Positions 1 to 9,107 of a DNA stretch of 64,000 nt are shown here, piece by piece. Origin of the DNA: an uncultured virus (IMG/VR IMGVR_UViG_3300042433_000193). Its lineage: Duplodnaviria > Heunggongvirae > Uroviricota > Caudoviricetes. The position numbers and the translations under genes were made by a program. The stretch lies in IMG/VR virus record IMGVR_UViG_3300042433_000193. One strand, given 5' to 3'. Every line of letters begins with the position of its first letter. Position 1 is the first letter of the stretch. The notes beneath the pieces are model-generated. The model worked only from the letters and a program-made list of their open reading frames with translations. It searched no databases and was not told where the DNA came from.

Positions 1-62
1 TGTTTTTGACCTCGATGACCATTTTTATTGATGTGATGGCTTTGACATTCTGGGCATTTCAT
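1..62 (-). CDS. Partial ORF, IS1/InsA-like N-terminal zinc ribbon (runs off window)
   Basis: Manual translation from ATG at 62: MKCPECQSHHINKNGHRGQK; the CxxC...KNG pattern is typical of InsA-like zinc ribbons. Confidence 0.5.
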   Translation of the reverse strand, partial: MKCPECQSHHINKNGHRGQK

Positions 63-126
63 TGTTCTTTCTGCTTATTTTATTTTTCATTTATTTTACC
101 TCATCATCTCTTAATCTGACAACGCC

Positions 127-226
127 ACTTAACAAGTCAAGCCGATTGTTACCACTACAGTTATCCCGATCGCCTTGGTAATCCCCTAGCTTGCAATCTA
201 CTTAACAAGTCAAGCCGATTGTTACC
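127..226 (-). CRISPR. Mini-array: two identical 27-bp repeats with a 46-bp spacer, directly after tnpB
   Basis: acttaacaagtcaagccgattgttacc at 127-153 and 200-226; the tnpB stop codon (222-224) lies inside the proximal repeat. Confidence 0.7.
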
Positions 227-1898
227 CAGTCTCCCAGAGTGTAAGCTGCGTATAGCCTGCGTTGACTGTTTGCGCGGGTTGCGAGTGGATCGACCTTTTC
301 CTTGTTTTTTTCTTGGGTGTCACTGGCTCGGAGGTCAAAACCAGTAAGGTTTCGAGGGTTTCTTCCCCAAGTAACAATCGGCTGGACTTGTCAAGTAATT
401 CCTCCTGCGCTGATTCCTTATCGAAATCCTTCAGAGGCTTAACTTCCCCGGTACAAGCCGGGTAGCTTCTTACGAAGTCTGCTTTCCCTAAGATGTTGAT
501 TGCGGCGGCCACATCTCTGGGTAAAGTACATCCACACTCTAAACATTTATGGGTGCGGGTTGATAAACTTTTTTTAACACGATTGCCACAGCGAGGACAA
601 TCCTGACTGGTGTAAGCTGGTTGAACTTTGATAAACTCTCGGTTGGGAGTTTTCATTTTCGTTTCAAGAAAACCGGTTAATTGTCCTAAACTAGCATCAG
701 CAAAGGATTTATTTAATCCCCCTTTGGCTTTCGCGTTATTGCGTTCGTAGCCTTTACCGTCTTCTCTTTTTTTCGGTTTAGGTCGTCGCATTAAATTCTT
801 TAAGTTGAGGTCTTCTACGGCTACAGCGCCATGATTTTTGACAATATCGGTACTTAGGGCATGATTAAATCCTTTGCGTTGTCTTGCTATTTTTTCGTGA
901 GTTTTAGCAACTTTAGCACGAGTTTTAGCGAGATTTTTGCCGTCTTTATTTTCCCCTGCTTTATACTGTCTAGCGGTTTTTCTTTGCAGTCTTGCTAGTC
1001 TTTTTTGCTGTTTTCTATAGTATTTGGGCGGGTCAATTTGTTGGCCGTCGCTGGTACTAATTATATATTCTAGTCCTACGTCAATACCGATTGCTTTATC
1101 GGAATCAGGTAGATCATCTACTTCAAATTCACCAAATAGACTTAGATAATATCCCGATGGGTATTTAATAATTGATACGGTAGAGGCTTTTCTGTCACCC
1201 CACCGAATGTCTAAAGTATTGTTGACAATCTTTAAATCGCCTAATGTTTTACCACAGCTACCTATAGATATTTTATCCCCTTTTCTAACAGCGCAATTGC
1301 TGATCTCAGAATAAAGAGATTTAATTTTATCTTCTTTTCTTTTAAATCTAGGAAGTTTTCTGTCTAAATTCTTTTTATCGAGTTTGGTGTAAGCTTTCCA
1401 GGAATCAGCAAGCTTTTTTAAAACCCCTTGGACAAAAGCCATAGGGATGTCCTTGCATAGCTCTGGACATTTTTCTTTTGTAATACAGCCACATAACCCA
1501 AAATAATTATCAGATTTTAACCGCCGTTGAATAGGAATATGAACAGGATAAGAGTGACCTGCTTTTTGTCTTTTTTCTCTAGCTATCTGTATTTTAACTT
1601 TTTGCTTGCCAGTTAAATATTTAGGGGTGTAAAGGGGATTAGGAAGGGATTTACCTTTTTCGTTTTTCAGGGAGTCAATAAATTGAGGTTTTTTAGCTAA
1701 ACGACGTTTAACCCGTTTAACTGGTTTTCCTGTTATTTTCTCAAGCTCGTCGTAATACTTATTAAGCTGATATTCCATCAGTAGCTCTAGTCCAAAATTC
1801 CAGACAGCTTTAAGCTCGTCCATCCAGCGATCAATATAGGCTCGCTGAGTGGCATTAAGGTTAAGTTTTATGTCCGCAATAGTTTTCTTGACTAGCAT
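222..1898 (-). CDS. tnpB: RNA-guided endonuclease TnpB (IS200/IS605 OrfB-type, Cas12f-like), enlarged to 558 aa
   Basis: N-terminal OrfB-type helix region; RuvC-I IGIDVG, RuvC-II AVEDL, YTSQDCPRCG...CLECG zinc finger, RuvC-III RDVAAAINI; no adjacent tnpA. Confidence 0.92.
   Translation of the reverse strand: MLVKKTIADIKLNLNATQRAYIDRWMDELKAVWNFGLELLMEYQLNKYYDELEKITGKPVKRVKRRLAKKPQFIDSLKNEKGKSLPNPLYTPKYLTGKQKVKIQIAREKRQKAGHSYPVHIPIQRRLKSDNYFGLCGCITKEKCPELCKDIPMAFVQGVLKKLADSWKAYTKLDKKNLDRKLPRFKRKEDKIKSLYSEISNCAVRKGDKISIGSCGKTLGDLKIVNNTLDIRWGDRKASTVSIIKYPSGYYLSLFGEFEVDDLPDSDKAIGIDVGLEYIISTSDGQQIDPPKYYRKQQKRLARLQRKTARQYKAGENKDGKNLAKTRAKVAKTHEKIARQRKGFNHALSTDIVKNHGAVAVEDLNLKNLMRRPKPKKREDGKGYERNNAKAKGGLNKSFADASLGQLTGFLETKMKTPNREFIKVQPAYTSQDCPRCGNRVKKSLSTRTHKCLECGCTLPRDVAAAINILGKADFVRSYPACTGEVKPLKDFDKESAQEELLDKSSRLLLGEETLETLLVLTSEPVTPKKKTRKRSIHSQPAQTVNAGYTQLTLWETG
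371..396 (-). ncRNA. Anti-repeat (tracr/omegaRNA scaffold segment) inside the tnpB 3' coding region
   Basis: gtaacaatcggctggacttgtcaagt matches the reverse complement of the array repeat at 24/26; on the minus-strand RNA one difference is a G-U wobble. Confidence 0.7.
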
Positions 1899-1934
1899 GG
1901 CTTTTATGGATCGACCTTCTTTTATTCTTATTTA

Positions 1935-1964
1935 AATCTACCATAAGCTTTATAGAAATGTCAA
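1935..1964 (-). promoter_or_regulatory. Sigma70-type promoter for tnpB
   Basis: Minus strand TTGACA-18nt-TAGATT; a similar copy (ttacttgacatttcta...) precedes the 1974-2342 ORF at about 2386-2420. Confidence 0.55.
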
Positions 1965-1973
1965 GTAAGAAGT

Positions 1974-2342
1974 CTAAAGATTTTTTGGGATACCAGTCCC
2001 TGCATCAGAACCTATAGCCCAACCCTTATAAAAGTTAAAGGCGGTAGTATCAATATAAAGAGAAAACCCTATAGCTTCCCAGCATTCTAATAGCCTTAGT
2101 ACATCAACAGTCTGAACCGTATAATTTGATCCTGTATTAGTAATAAGAAATTTTTCAAAAATTTCTGGGGCAACTAAAACAGAGCAATAGCTAGTATCGT
2201 TAAATTTACCAGATTTTTTGGCTAATTCAGAAGTAATTGCGATCAAAATCTCTTTTGTAAGTAATCTTTCTTGCGATATATTGCAACTATCTAAGTTAGT
2301 CCAAGCGGTAAATTTAACATAATTAGATCGGGGATTAAACAT
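1974..2342 (-). CDS. Hypothetical protein
   Basis: 122-aa ORF with its own TTGACA promoter. Confidence 0.55.
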   Translation of the reverse strand: MFNPRSNYVKFTAWTNLDSCNISQERLLTKEILIAITSELAKKSGKFNDTSYCSVLVAPEIFEKFLITNTGSNYTVQTVDVLRLLECWEAIGFSLYIDTTAFNFYKGWAIGSDAGTGIPKNL

Positions 2343-2409
2343 AACTTATAGTAGAAAAAGGTGCTAAACTATATTTGACTAACTTAAATTTACTACAAGC
2401 CTACTAGAA

Positions 2410-2550
2410 ATGTCAAGTAAAAATTATTATCCTCTTAACGTCCGTACATCAGAATCAGAAGAGAAAAAGCTAAAAAACTACTGTAAAGCCCAAAAGCGGT
2501 CAATAACCGAGGTAATCCGGGAATTGATTAGAAGTTTACCCGATAACTAA
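2410..2550 (+). CDS. Ribbon-helix-helix (CopG-like) DNA-binding protein, 46 aa
   Basis: Manual translation MSSKNYYPLNVRTSESEEKKLKNYCKAQKRSITEVIRELIRSLPDN; followed by hairpin and T-tract at 2584-2609. Confidence 0.65.
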   Translation: MSSKNYYPLNVRTSESEEKKLKNYCKAQKRSITEVIRELIRSLPDN

Positions 2551-2742
2551 TCAAGGGTGTTGTCGGGATAGCTAACACAAAAAGTGCCAGTTCACAGACT
2601 GGCACTTTTAACTTTATTCCCCAATTAACAGTTACTTGACGATTTTGGTGAAAAGAAAAAAATAGTTAAAGAGAGAGGATTATTTTAATCCTCTCTCTTT
2701 TTTAGTTTCCTGTACTGGCAGTCGTTGTTAGATTGTGATTAG

Positions 2743-2970
2743 ATTGTAGATACTCTTATTAACAATGAAACCCTTACAAGGATTAGCTTTTACGCTTTGT
2801 TAATACTGTTAACACCATTCCCCGATGTTATTTTTTTACGCTCTTACTGCTGAGGCTGTCTTGCCCCTTTACCCTATTTTCTTTTTTCCTCTATACGGCA
2901 TCAACGGCATCAACAAAGTTTAAAACCTATATATATCAAGACTTCCATTGTTAATATCCTTATCTACAAT
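2743..2970. repeat. Inverted pair of a ~70-bp dispersed element (locus 1 of 4)
   Basis: attgtagata...aacaat...ctttgtt unit forward at 2743-2811 and reverse at 2901-2970; 2926-2970 is identical to 45632-45676. Confidence 0.8.
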
Positions 2971-3010
2971 TTATTAACGATAATAACTTAGTTCTTCTGT
3001 ACTATTATCT

Positions 3011-3075
3011 TTTTGTAAGTTTTTTGCAAGTTTTTTTTAAAAATACTTGACAATTCTAGCAATCTACTATAAGAT
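3011..3075 (+). promoter_or_regulatory. Promoter with upstream operator-like tandem repeat
   Basis: TTGACA (3047-3052)-17nt-TAAGAT (3070-3075); 3011-3030 is the exact reverse complement of 8641-8660. Confidence 0.65.
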
Positions 3076-3101
3076 TGTATTAATCAAATTTTAGAGGAGA
3101 G

Positions 3102-3395
3102 ATGCTTATCACCCATATCTCGGTAGATTATAGCCAGAAAGTCAATCTTGGTAACTTTGAGTCTGCACACGTGAGTATAAATATTCATGGGAAACCAGAA
3201 GACGACGAAGATCCTGATGCTTGCTATGAATTTCTTTTAAATCAAGCACAGCGAGTAGTTATGTCAAAACTTCTGGAAGTAACAGAGGCTCATGATGTCA
3301 CTTGCCCAAGTGTGGTCAAGTATTTTGCTGGTAAAGAAACAGACGAGTTTCCTTCCTCTTATAGATTTAGCGACCCTAGCAACCTTCCTTTTTAG
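3102..3395 (+). CDS. Hypothetical phage protein
   Basis: 97-aa ORF, GAGGAG RBS, KVNLGNFES motif. Confidence 0.75.
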   Translation: MLITHISVDYSQKVNLGNFESAHVSINIHGKPEDDEDPDACYEFLLNQAQRVVMSKLLEVTEAHDVTCPSVVKYFAGKETDEFPSSYRFSDPSNLPF

Positions 3396-3406
3396 GAGTA
3401 AAAACA

Positions 3407-4414
3407 ATGCCTATAAAATCTTTGACAACAAGACAAGCCCGGTTCCTTAGACTGGGTATAATTCGCAAAGGGGGAGAAAAAAAAGAAAACCCTAAAAGAC
3501 CTGGCACTCTAATAAGCGGAGATGATTTAGAATATTTTCGCATTGATTCTGATATTCAAGGAATCAATGAAAAATTTACCGCTATTTACGGGAAAGAGCC
3601 TAAGCAATTAGATTGCTTATTACCTTTTCCTTATACAGACCAAGTATTTCCTTGTTGGATGGAACAGTGGAATGATAAAGATTTAAAAACCTCTGGGTTA
3701 ATGATTCGGTGCGACGAGGAAAAGCAACATATCTACCAACAAGCTGGCAAAATGATTGCCACTAATCCTATCCCGTGCAAACGACAACAAAATCCTGACG
3801 GAAGTTATTCAGGGTGTAAATGCAAGCAAGTTGGGCGATTGCAGATTGTTTTACCTAAATTAGGTGAACTAGGATACTTTGAAGTCGAAACCCATTCAAA
3901 GTGGGATATTATCGGACTAACAGAGCAACTACTAGCTATTGAAACATCGGCTGGTAGTTTGATTGGTATCCCTTTTCTATTAGAACGCGGGTCAAGAGAG
4001 CTATCTTATCCCTTACCAGACGGAAAAAGGGGACGAAAGACTTTTAGTCTTTTATCAATCCGTGTTCACCCTAGCAGAGCGTCTCAAGTTCTAGAAGTCA
4101 TTGAAACAAAAGCCTTTCAACAATTTACGGGAAATGTAGAACCTGCCAAAACTCTAACTCCTGCGTCAACGGGAAACGTAAAATTGTTCAACGCTTCGCA
4201 ATCACTGTCAGAGGATCGCAAGCAGGCTGGAATTACTTGGGCTGTAAATCAAGGATTACCTCAACCAGAAGCTTTGCAAATCGCCCAACAAGCAACCTCT
4301 GAAAAAGAATTGGCCGACCTCCTAAAAAAAGCTATAGACGCAAGGCTAAAGCCAGTAATAGAAGTTTGCAGTGAAAATATTGATCCTGGTGAACTTCTCA
4401 GTGAAGATTTTTAA
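3407..4414 (+). CDS. Phage recombination-related protein (Gp3/RDF-like family, tentative)
   Basis: LGIIRKGG...DLEYFR N-terminus, CDEE...PC...CKCKQVGRLQIVLP pattern; AGGAG RBS. Confidence 0.5.
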   Translation: MPIKSLTTRQARFLRLGIIRKGGEKKENPKRPGTLISGDDLEYFRIDSDIQGINEKFTAIYGKEPKQLDCLLPFPYTDQVFPCWMEQWNDKDLKTSGLMIRCDEEKQHIYQQAGKMIATNPIPCKRQQNPDGSYSGCKCKQVGRLQIVLPKLGELGYFEVETHSKWDIIGLTEQLLAIETSAGSLIGIPFLLERGSRELSYPLPDGKRGRKTFSLLSIRVHPSRASQVLEVIETKAFQQFTGNVEPAKTLTPASTGNVKLFNASQSLSEDRKQAGITWAVNQGLPQPEALQIAQQATSEKELADLLKKAIDARLKPVIEVCSENIDPGELLSEDF

Positions 4415-4869
4415 TTAGTTGCCAGTTGTCAGTTGTCAGTTATCAGCAACTTATTAGGAGTAAATCAATGTCTGTGTTCCCAGTTTTCAAAATAATCAAA
4501 ATGCTCCGATCTCCAGAAAATGACATGACGGATTTTATCTTTTTAGGACAACAATATCGGTTAATAGCAAGGCCAATAAAATACTGGAAGTATTTTCCGT
4601 TTTCTCCGAGGTTTCGTGGTAAGCGTTTTTTTTATCAGTGTCCGTGGCTAACCATTTTTTCTTTACACAGCGCTGATCCTAGCGTTTTGTTAGACAATGA
4701 AAGTAATTCACTTAAAAACTATTAGGAGTAAACCAATGACACACCAAAAAGAATTAATGAAAGATTGGAGTTTAGAACGACAAGTTAAAGCTTTATCTAT
4801 CGTGGCTCCTAATTTACATCTTTTTATGGAATATAACCCAGAACAGTTAATGGCATTAAGGAGTATTAA

Positions 4870-5289
4870 ATGAATCTGAATCTCTTAAGTCGTGATTGGT
4901 GGGATAAACTGACTTCCCAGCAAATACAAGAAATCTTAGTTGAAAGCAGCAAAAACCAATGGAAAGTTTTAAGTACAGGGCAAGTCGAAAATATTTGTTT
5001 GCATGGATTGGTAGCTAACCTAGTTTTTAGTGTAGGTATTGATCAAGTACAGCAATTAAGGGCAGATTTTGAGATTACTTGCGATTCTGGCAAGACTAAA
5101 AAAGTAATCAAGATTAATTTAACATTTGTAGAATTGAAATCTACAAACTTGCTATTTGAAACATTAACAAGTTTATCGGAATCAAATAATCCGTATATAT
5201 GGATTAAAGGTAAGGCGATTAATCTTCCAGAAATTACGATTCTTGTTAACGAATGGGGAAAACGCTATGAAGACCTAAAAATGCCTTAA
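4870..5289 (+). CDS. Hypothetical protein
   Basis: 139-aa ORF with AGGAG RBS. Confidence 0.65.
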   Translation: MNLNLLSRDWWDKLTSQQIQEILVESSKNQWKVLSTGQVENICLHGLVANLVFSVGIDQVQQLRADFEITCDSGKTKKVIKINLTFVELKSTNLLFETLTSLSESNNPYIWIKGKAINLPEITILVNEWGKRYEDLKMP

Positions 5290-5307
5290 AAGTAAAAACT
5301 AGCACAA

Positions 5308-5724
5308 TTGGGGAGTAAAACAGTGAACATCAACTCGCATCTCAAAGAGGAGCTGTATAAGCTTATGATTAAAAATAAATATCTCGAATTATCTCTTGAC
5401 TCAAAAAATTGGATTGATGATTTATTAAAAAAATCTCAAACTAGCCAAATAACTAACGAGATATTAATCTGGTGGTGGGAAGGAGATATACAAAAAGGAT
5501 ACGTCTATCTGTACTTATTCGATGGTAAATGGAATCTCTCTTTTATTAATCGGGTTAAATTTTGGGTTATAACTATTCTTATGCCTATATGTACAGGAGT
5601 TGCTATTCCTTCTCCTCTTAAAAAAGATTTTGATCTTTTCAGAGAAGCTTTAACACTAGCGTCGATTTTTCTAGCAGAAAAAAGCTGGTATAAAGAAATA
5701 ACCGACAATACAACTAAGGAGTAA
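5308..5724 (+). CDS. Hypothetical protein, paralog of 5731-6168
   Basis: Shares TGVAIP..LKK...LF motif with the next ORF; start may be GTG at 5323. Confidence 0.65.
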   Translation: MGSKTVNINSHLKEELYKLMIKNKYLELSLDSKNWIDDLLKKSQTSQITNEILIWWWEGDIQKGYVYLYLFDGKWNLSFINRVKFWVITILMPICTGVAIPSPLKKDFDLFREALTLASIFLAEKSWYKEITDNTTKE

Positions 5725-5730
5725 AAAAAA

Positions 5731-6168
5731 ATGAAAAGCCTGACCTATCGAGTACTAATCAACTTAAGCTACGCTGAGTTGCCAACAGAAGCCAAGCAAT
5801 ATGTTGATCGCTTAGTTCTTAAAACATCAAAAAACCCCTTTGCATCAAAACTGCTAGAAGGAGTTTATGAAAGCGTGATCAAAGCAGATGACAATGATAT
5901 AGAATGTCTTTTAAGCAGTGCATTTATTGACGCTGATTCAAATAGGAAAGTAGGATGTTTTTGGCGTTTTAAAACTGCTATATTCCAGTTTATCTTTTCG
6001 ATTTTAACAGGTGTAGCAATACCTAATCTTCTCAAGAAAAACTATTGTCTTTTTCTACAATCTCTTGTTATAGCTAGTTACCTTGTAGAGAAGGGTTATG
6101 TCATTCTCCCATTGATGGGACTACGAATAAAGCAAGAAACAACTAAAAATAATCTAAAACAGGAGTAA
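5731..6168 (+). CDS. Hypothetical protein, paralog of 5308-5724
   Basis: ILTGVAIPNLLKKNYCLF; AAGGAG RBS. Confidence 0.7.
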   Translation: MKSLTYRVLINLSYAELPTEAKQYVDRLVLKTSKNPFASKLLEGVYESVIKADDNDIECLLSSAFIDADSNRKVGCFWRFKTAIFQFIFSILTGVAIPNLLKKNYCLFLQSLVIASYLVEKGYVILPLMGLRIKQETTKNNLKQE

Positions 6169-6173
6169 GCCAT

Positions 6174-7235
6174 ATGAGCGCAAAATCAAGAGACAAAATC
6201 AGAACTTATGGGTCTGCAAGAGGAGAGTTAATCGTAGTCGATCCCCAGCTAATTTCTTTCAGATTAGCCAATGGTCACTTTGTCGGACCAAGAATAGGGC
6301 TTCGTGACGACGGCAAGATGCACGTCTTGCCTGATGAAACTCTTTTAACCTTTAGCCTCGATTTAATCGAGGCTATCGCAGGGGAAAACGGATGGAATAC
6401 CCGCGTTACCTACGACTTGGAGTTGATTAAAGAACTAGCCGATAAGATACTGGCATCGGGCTTAATCTATCAACCTTTACACTTAATTGCAGACGGTGAT
6501 CGACTGTTTCCTATGGACGGGCATCGAAGGGTATTAGCTTGGTTGCTTTTAGCCTCTCAAGAAATAATAATTCCTAACGTTCTAGCAATTATTAAGCCTT
6601 TGTCAGGCGGGCTAACCGTCCGGGACTTAGAGTATCAAATGCTCTCTTACGGCACTGATAGCGAAAAACTATCGGTGTACGACAAAGCGAAACTGATCAG
6701 ACGGCATTTACACGAGGATAGATTAGCTGGTTTAACTGAAGAACAGTCCTACCAACAGTTTTGCGAAAAAACTGGATGGAAAAAATCAGAATATGATCGG
6801 ACTCTAGAAATTTCTTCGATGTCTAGTCCGACATTAAAAGCAATCGAAGGTAAAGTATCGGAGACGACTTTACACAATCTTGTAAGGAAAAATGAACTAA
6901 CACTCTCGGAGAAAGAAAATGTTCTTTTAGAGACTGTAGCTATAGCGGAAGAAAAAGGGATAAAAGCCACTGGAGAATTAGTTCAATCTGTAGCAGCTAA
7001 CCTTATAGAGTCTAAAAATCCAACTTTTTTAGACTCTGATGGAAACGTAAAACCCAGTGACGAATTAGAACCAAAACCCATTAAACTTACCCCTAAAGCT
7101 AAAGATATTAAATATCTACTAATATCTTTAGCAACCGAAGGAAATGCAAAGCAAACAGACGATGATACAATGACCGTAGATTTTCCTGTAACTCTTTGGG
7201 AAAAACTTATTGATTTTGTAGAGAGATTAAGTTAG
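6174..7235 (+). CDS. ParB/Srx-like N-terminal domain protein
   Basis: WNTR...ELADKILASGLIYQPL...MDGHRRVLA arginine-patch motif. Confidence 0.75.
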   Translation: MSAKSRDKIRTYGSARGELIVVDPQLISFRLANGHFVGPRIGLRDDGKMHVLPDETLLTFSLDLIEAIAGENGWNTRVTYDLELIKELADKILASGLIYQPLHLIADGDRLFPMDGHRRVLAWLLLASQEIIIPNVLAIIKPLSGGLTVRDLEYQMLSYGTDSEKLSVYDKAKLIRRHLHEDRLAGLTEEQSYQQFCEKTGWKKSEYDRTLEISSMSSPTLKAIEGKVSETTLHNLVRKNELTLSEKENVLLETVAIAEEKGIKATGELVQSVAANLIESKNPTFLDSDGNVKPSDELEPKPIKLTPKAKDIKYLLISLATEGNAKQTDDDTMTVDFPVTLWEKLIDFVERLS

Positions 7236-7287
7236 GATTAGTTGTCAGTTATCAGTAAAAAATTGCTAAATAAATTAAAAGAACCCG

Positions 7288-7524
7288 ATGATCCAACATC
7301 ACGAACGCACAGAAACTCAAATTAGACTGCTATCCCAAAAATTAGCAGATACAGTCGGTAGAGAAATATTTGCTTCTTTAGAAAGAAGAGATCGAGAAGA
7401 TATTTTTGAGCAAATGCTTACAAGCCTCTACTATTCCTATAGACTTAATGGTAGCATGAAAAGTTGGTGCGGAACCACATTTCATGTCATTGAAACCCTG
7501 CTATCTAAACTGGAAAAACAATGA
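7288..7524 (+). CDS. Hypothetical protein
   Basis: 78-aa ORF, ATGA-coupled to the next ORF. Confidence 0.55.
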   Translation: MIQHHERTETQIRLLSQKLADTVGREIFASLERRDREDIFEQMLTSLYYSYRLNGSMKSWCGTTFHVIETLLSKLEKQ

Positions 7525-7811
7525 ACCAAAAGAATGCACTCAACTTTGAAAAATTTATCATCACTGAAACAGGATTAAAATATCCCGAATCTAGGAGTTT
7601 CGTCCGTCTGCCTGATTGTCCTGCTCGTGAAATAGAGTGGCCTTGTCCTGACTCTGTACAACTGAGTCCAGAAAAAATAGAACAAGAAAAAAAACAGGCA
7701 GAAAAAAAGATTTTTAGAAGTGTTCATTCAAAAAGAATACTTGGGAGTCTAGAAAAAATTGAAATAGTTTACGGATATACAGTTTATGTATTTTCTGATG
7801 GCAGCCGATAG
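7521..7811 (+). CDS. Hypothetical protein
   Basis: 96-aa ORF. Confidence 0.5.
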   Translation: MNQKNALNFEKFIITETGLKYPESRSFVRLPDCPAREIEWPCPDSVQLSPEKIEQEKKQAEKKIFRSVHSKRILGSLEKIEIVYGYTVYVFSDGSR

Positions 7812-7961
7812 AGCTTAAAGGATTATTATAGACATTTAGAAAGTATTCCCCTTTACGGTCCGTACTTAAGTGACTATGGAATTAACCGAAAAGATAAAGA
7901 AGGATTTACTCCAGTTGGAACATATCAAGCAACAAATGATATGTTTCAATAAATCTCAAAT

Positions 7962-7992
7962 AAAAAACAGAGGGTTAACCCTCTGTTTTTTT
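7962..7992. terminator. Bidirectional intrinsic terminator
   Basis: aaaaaacagagggttaaccctctgttttttt palindrome between convergent genes. Confidence 0.8.
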
Positions 7993-7995
7993 CTG

Positions 7996-8601
7996 TTACG
8001 CTCCGATTAGTTTCTCCTGTAAATATTGGTAAACCTCTTTCTGTAAATCTTTTGGGGCAGAACACAGAAAAGCTTTCACATCTTCTAGATCGATCTCTTT
8101 AATCATCTTCTGTAACTCATCTAGCTTTGAGTAAAGAGACTCAACTTCTTTAATTACAAGCTTTGCTTTAACTTGAGGATCAGCTTCCTGAAAAAGTTCG
8201 GGAACTAAATTAGGATTTTTAACACAATCCTTTTTTTGATTGATTGTATCTTTTAGAAAATCCTGAATTGTTGGCCAGTCGCCATTAAGATAATTCACAA
8301 AAGAATCTGTATCAAGGCCAAATACAGCAGCTAGTAATCGCATATTCCCTAGATCAGGGCAACTAGCGATATTTTTTAGCTCCCAGTTTTGAACCGCTCC
8401 CCCAGAAAATTCTGTGCCAGGTAATCCCAGTCGCCGGCCTTCTTTTAGTATCCACTCAGTAAATTCGGCTTGGGTCATACCTAGCCCCATCCTTTTTGCC
8501 TTAATAGTGTCGGACATTTTGCTTATCCCTTTTTCTGTCAAGGCCGAGGACTTTACTCGTTTGCGGGGTGTCCCGTCGCTGTTAAATCGTGGTGTAGCCA
8601 T
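7996..8601 (-). CDS. XRE-family HTH repressor (CI-like)
   Basis: IKAKRMGLGMTQAEF...GGAVQNWE HTH; divergent from a small RHH gene. Confidence 0.75.
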   Translation of the reverse strand: MATPRFNSDGTPRKRVKSSALTEKGISKMSDTIKAKRMGLGMTQAEFTEWILKEGRRLGLPGTEFSGGAVQNWELKNIASCPDLGNMRLLAAVFGLDTDSFVNYLNGDWPTIQDFLKDTINQKKDCVKNPNLVPELFQEADPQVKAKLVIKEVESLYSKLDELQKMIKEIDLEDVKAFLCSAPKDLQKEVYQYLQEKLIGA

Positions 8602-8640
8602 AAAAGTGTATTTTGATAAGATACCCTTATCTTACACTAC

Positions 8641-8668
8641 CTTGCAAAAAACTTACAAAAAACTTACA
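8641..8668. promoter_or_regulatory. Tandem 11-bp operator-like repeats in the divergent switch region
   Basis: cttgcaaaaaa-cttacaaaaaa-cttaca. Confidence 0.55.
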
Positions 8669-8718
8669 GGCAATCTCGACTTTTATGATACAATATAGAA
8701 AATTCTGTAAATTAAGCC

Positions 8719-8943
8719 ATGTCTGCCAATCAAGATGCTCCAATAAAAGTTGTGTCAATCCGGGTTAAAAAAGAGCTATGGGCTCAGATGTGCCAAAGGT
8801 CAGGCGTTTTAGGACTAAAAACCCAAGAGGTAATTGAAATTGCACTAAAGTCCTACCTTTCTATCCCCATTGATGCCGAACTCAGTGCCAGAAAAGAGGG
8901 CGAAAATGCCTTTTACAACTCTTTGCATAAATCTAAAACCTAA
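8719..8943 (+). CDS. Ribbon-helix-helix regulator (Cro-like position)
   Basis: KVVSIRVKKELW...TQEVIEIALKSYL pattern. Confidence 0.6.
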   Translation: MSANQDAPIKVVSIRVKKELWAQMCQRSGVLGLKTQEVIEIALKSYLSIPIDAELSARKEGENAFYNSLHKSKT

Positions 8944-9107
8944 GCGCATCAAGGATTTACAGGTGTAGTGCAAGTGTAGTATTTACTGATCAAGAACATT
9001 CTGCTAGGATAGTAGATACCTTGATTTGTTCTAGTCCACCTTATCCACCCAACAAAAAACCCGCTCGGAGGCGGGTCGTGTAACTAAACATTTTTCATAT
9101 AGAAACT

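Noticed and set aside
262..465. Antisense and overlapping short ORFs from the track (e.g. 262-465, 8414-8698, 38107-38382, 43273-43623)
   Set aside because: Shadows of longer well-supported genes, with no RBS or motifs.
222..2550. Complete autonomous IS200/IS605 or IS607 element
   Set aside because: No Y1 or serine transposase next to tnpB and no clear left-end hairpin recognised.
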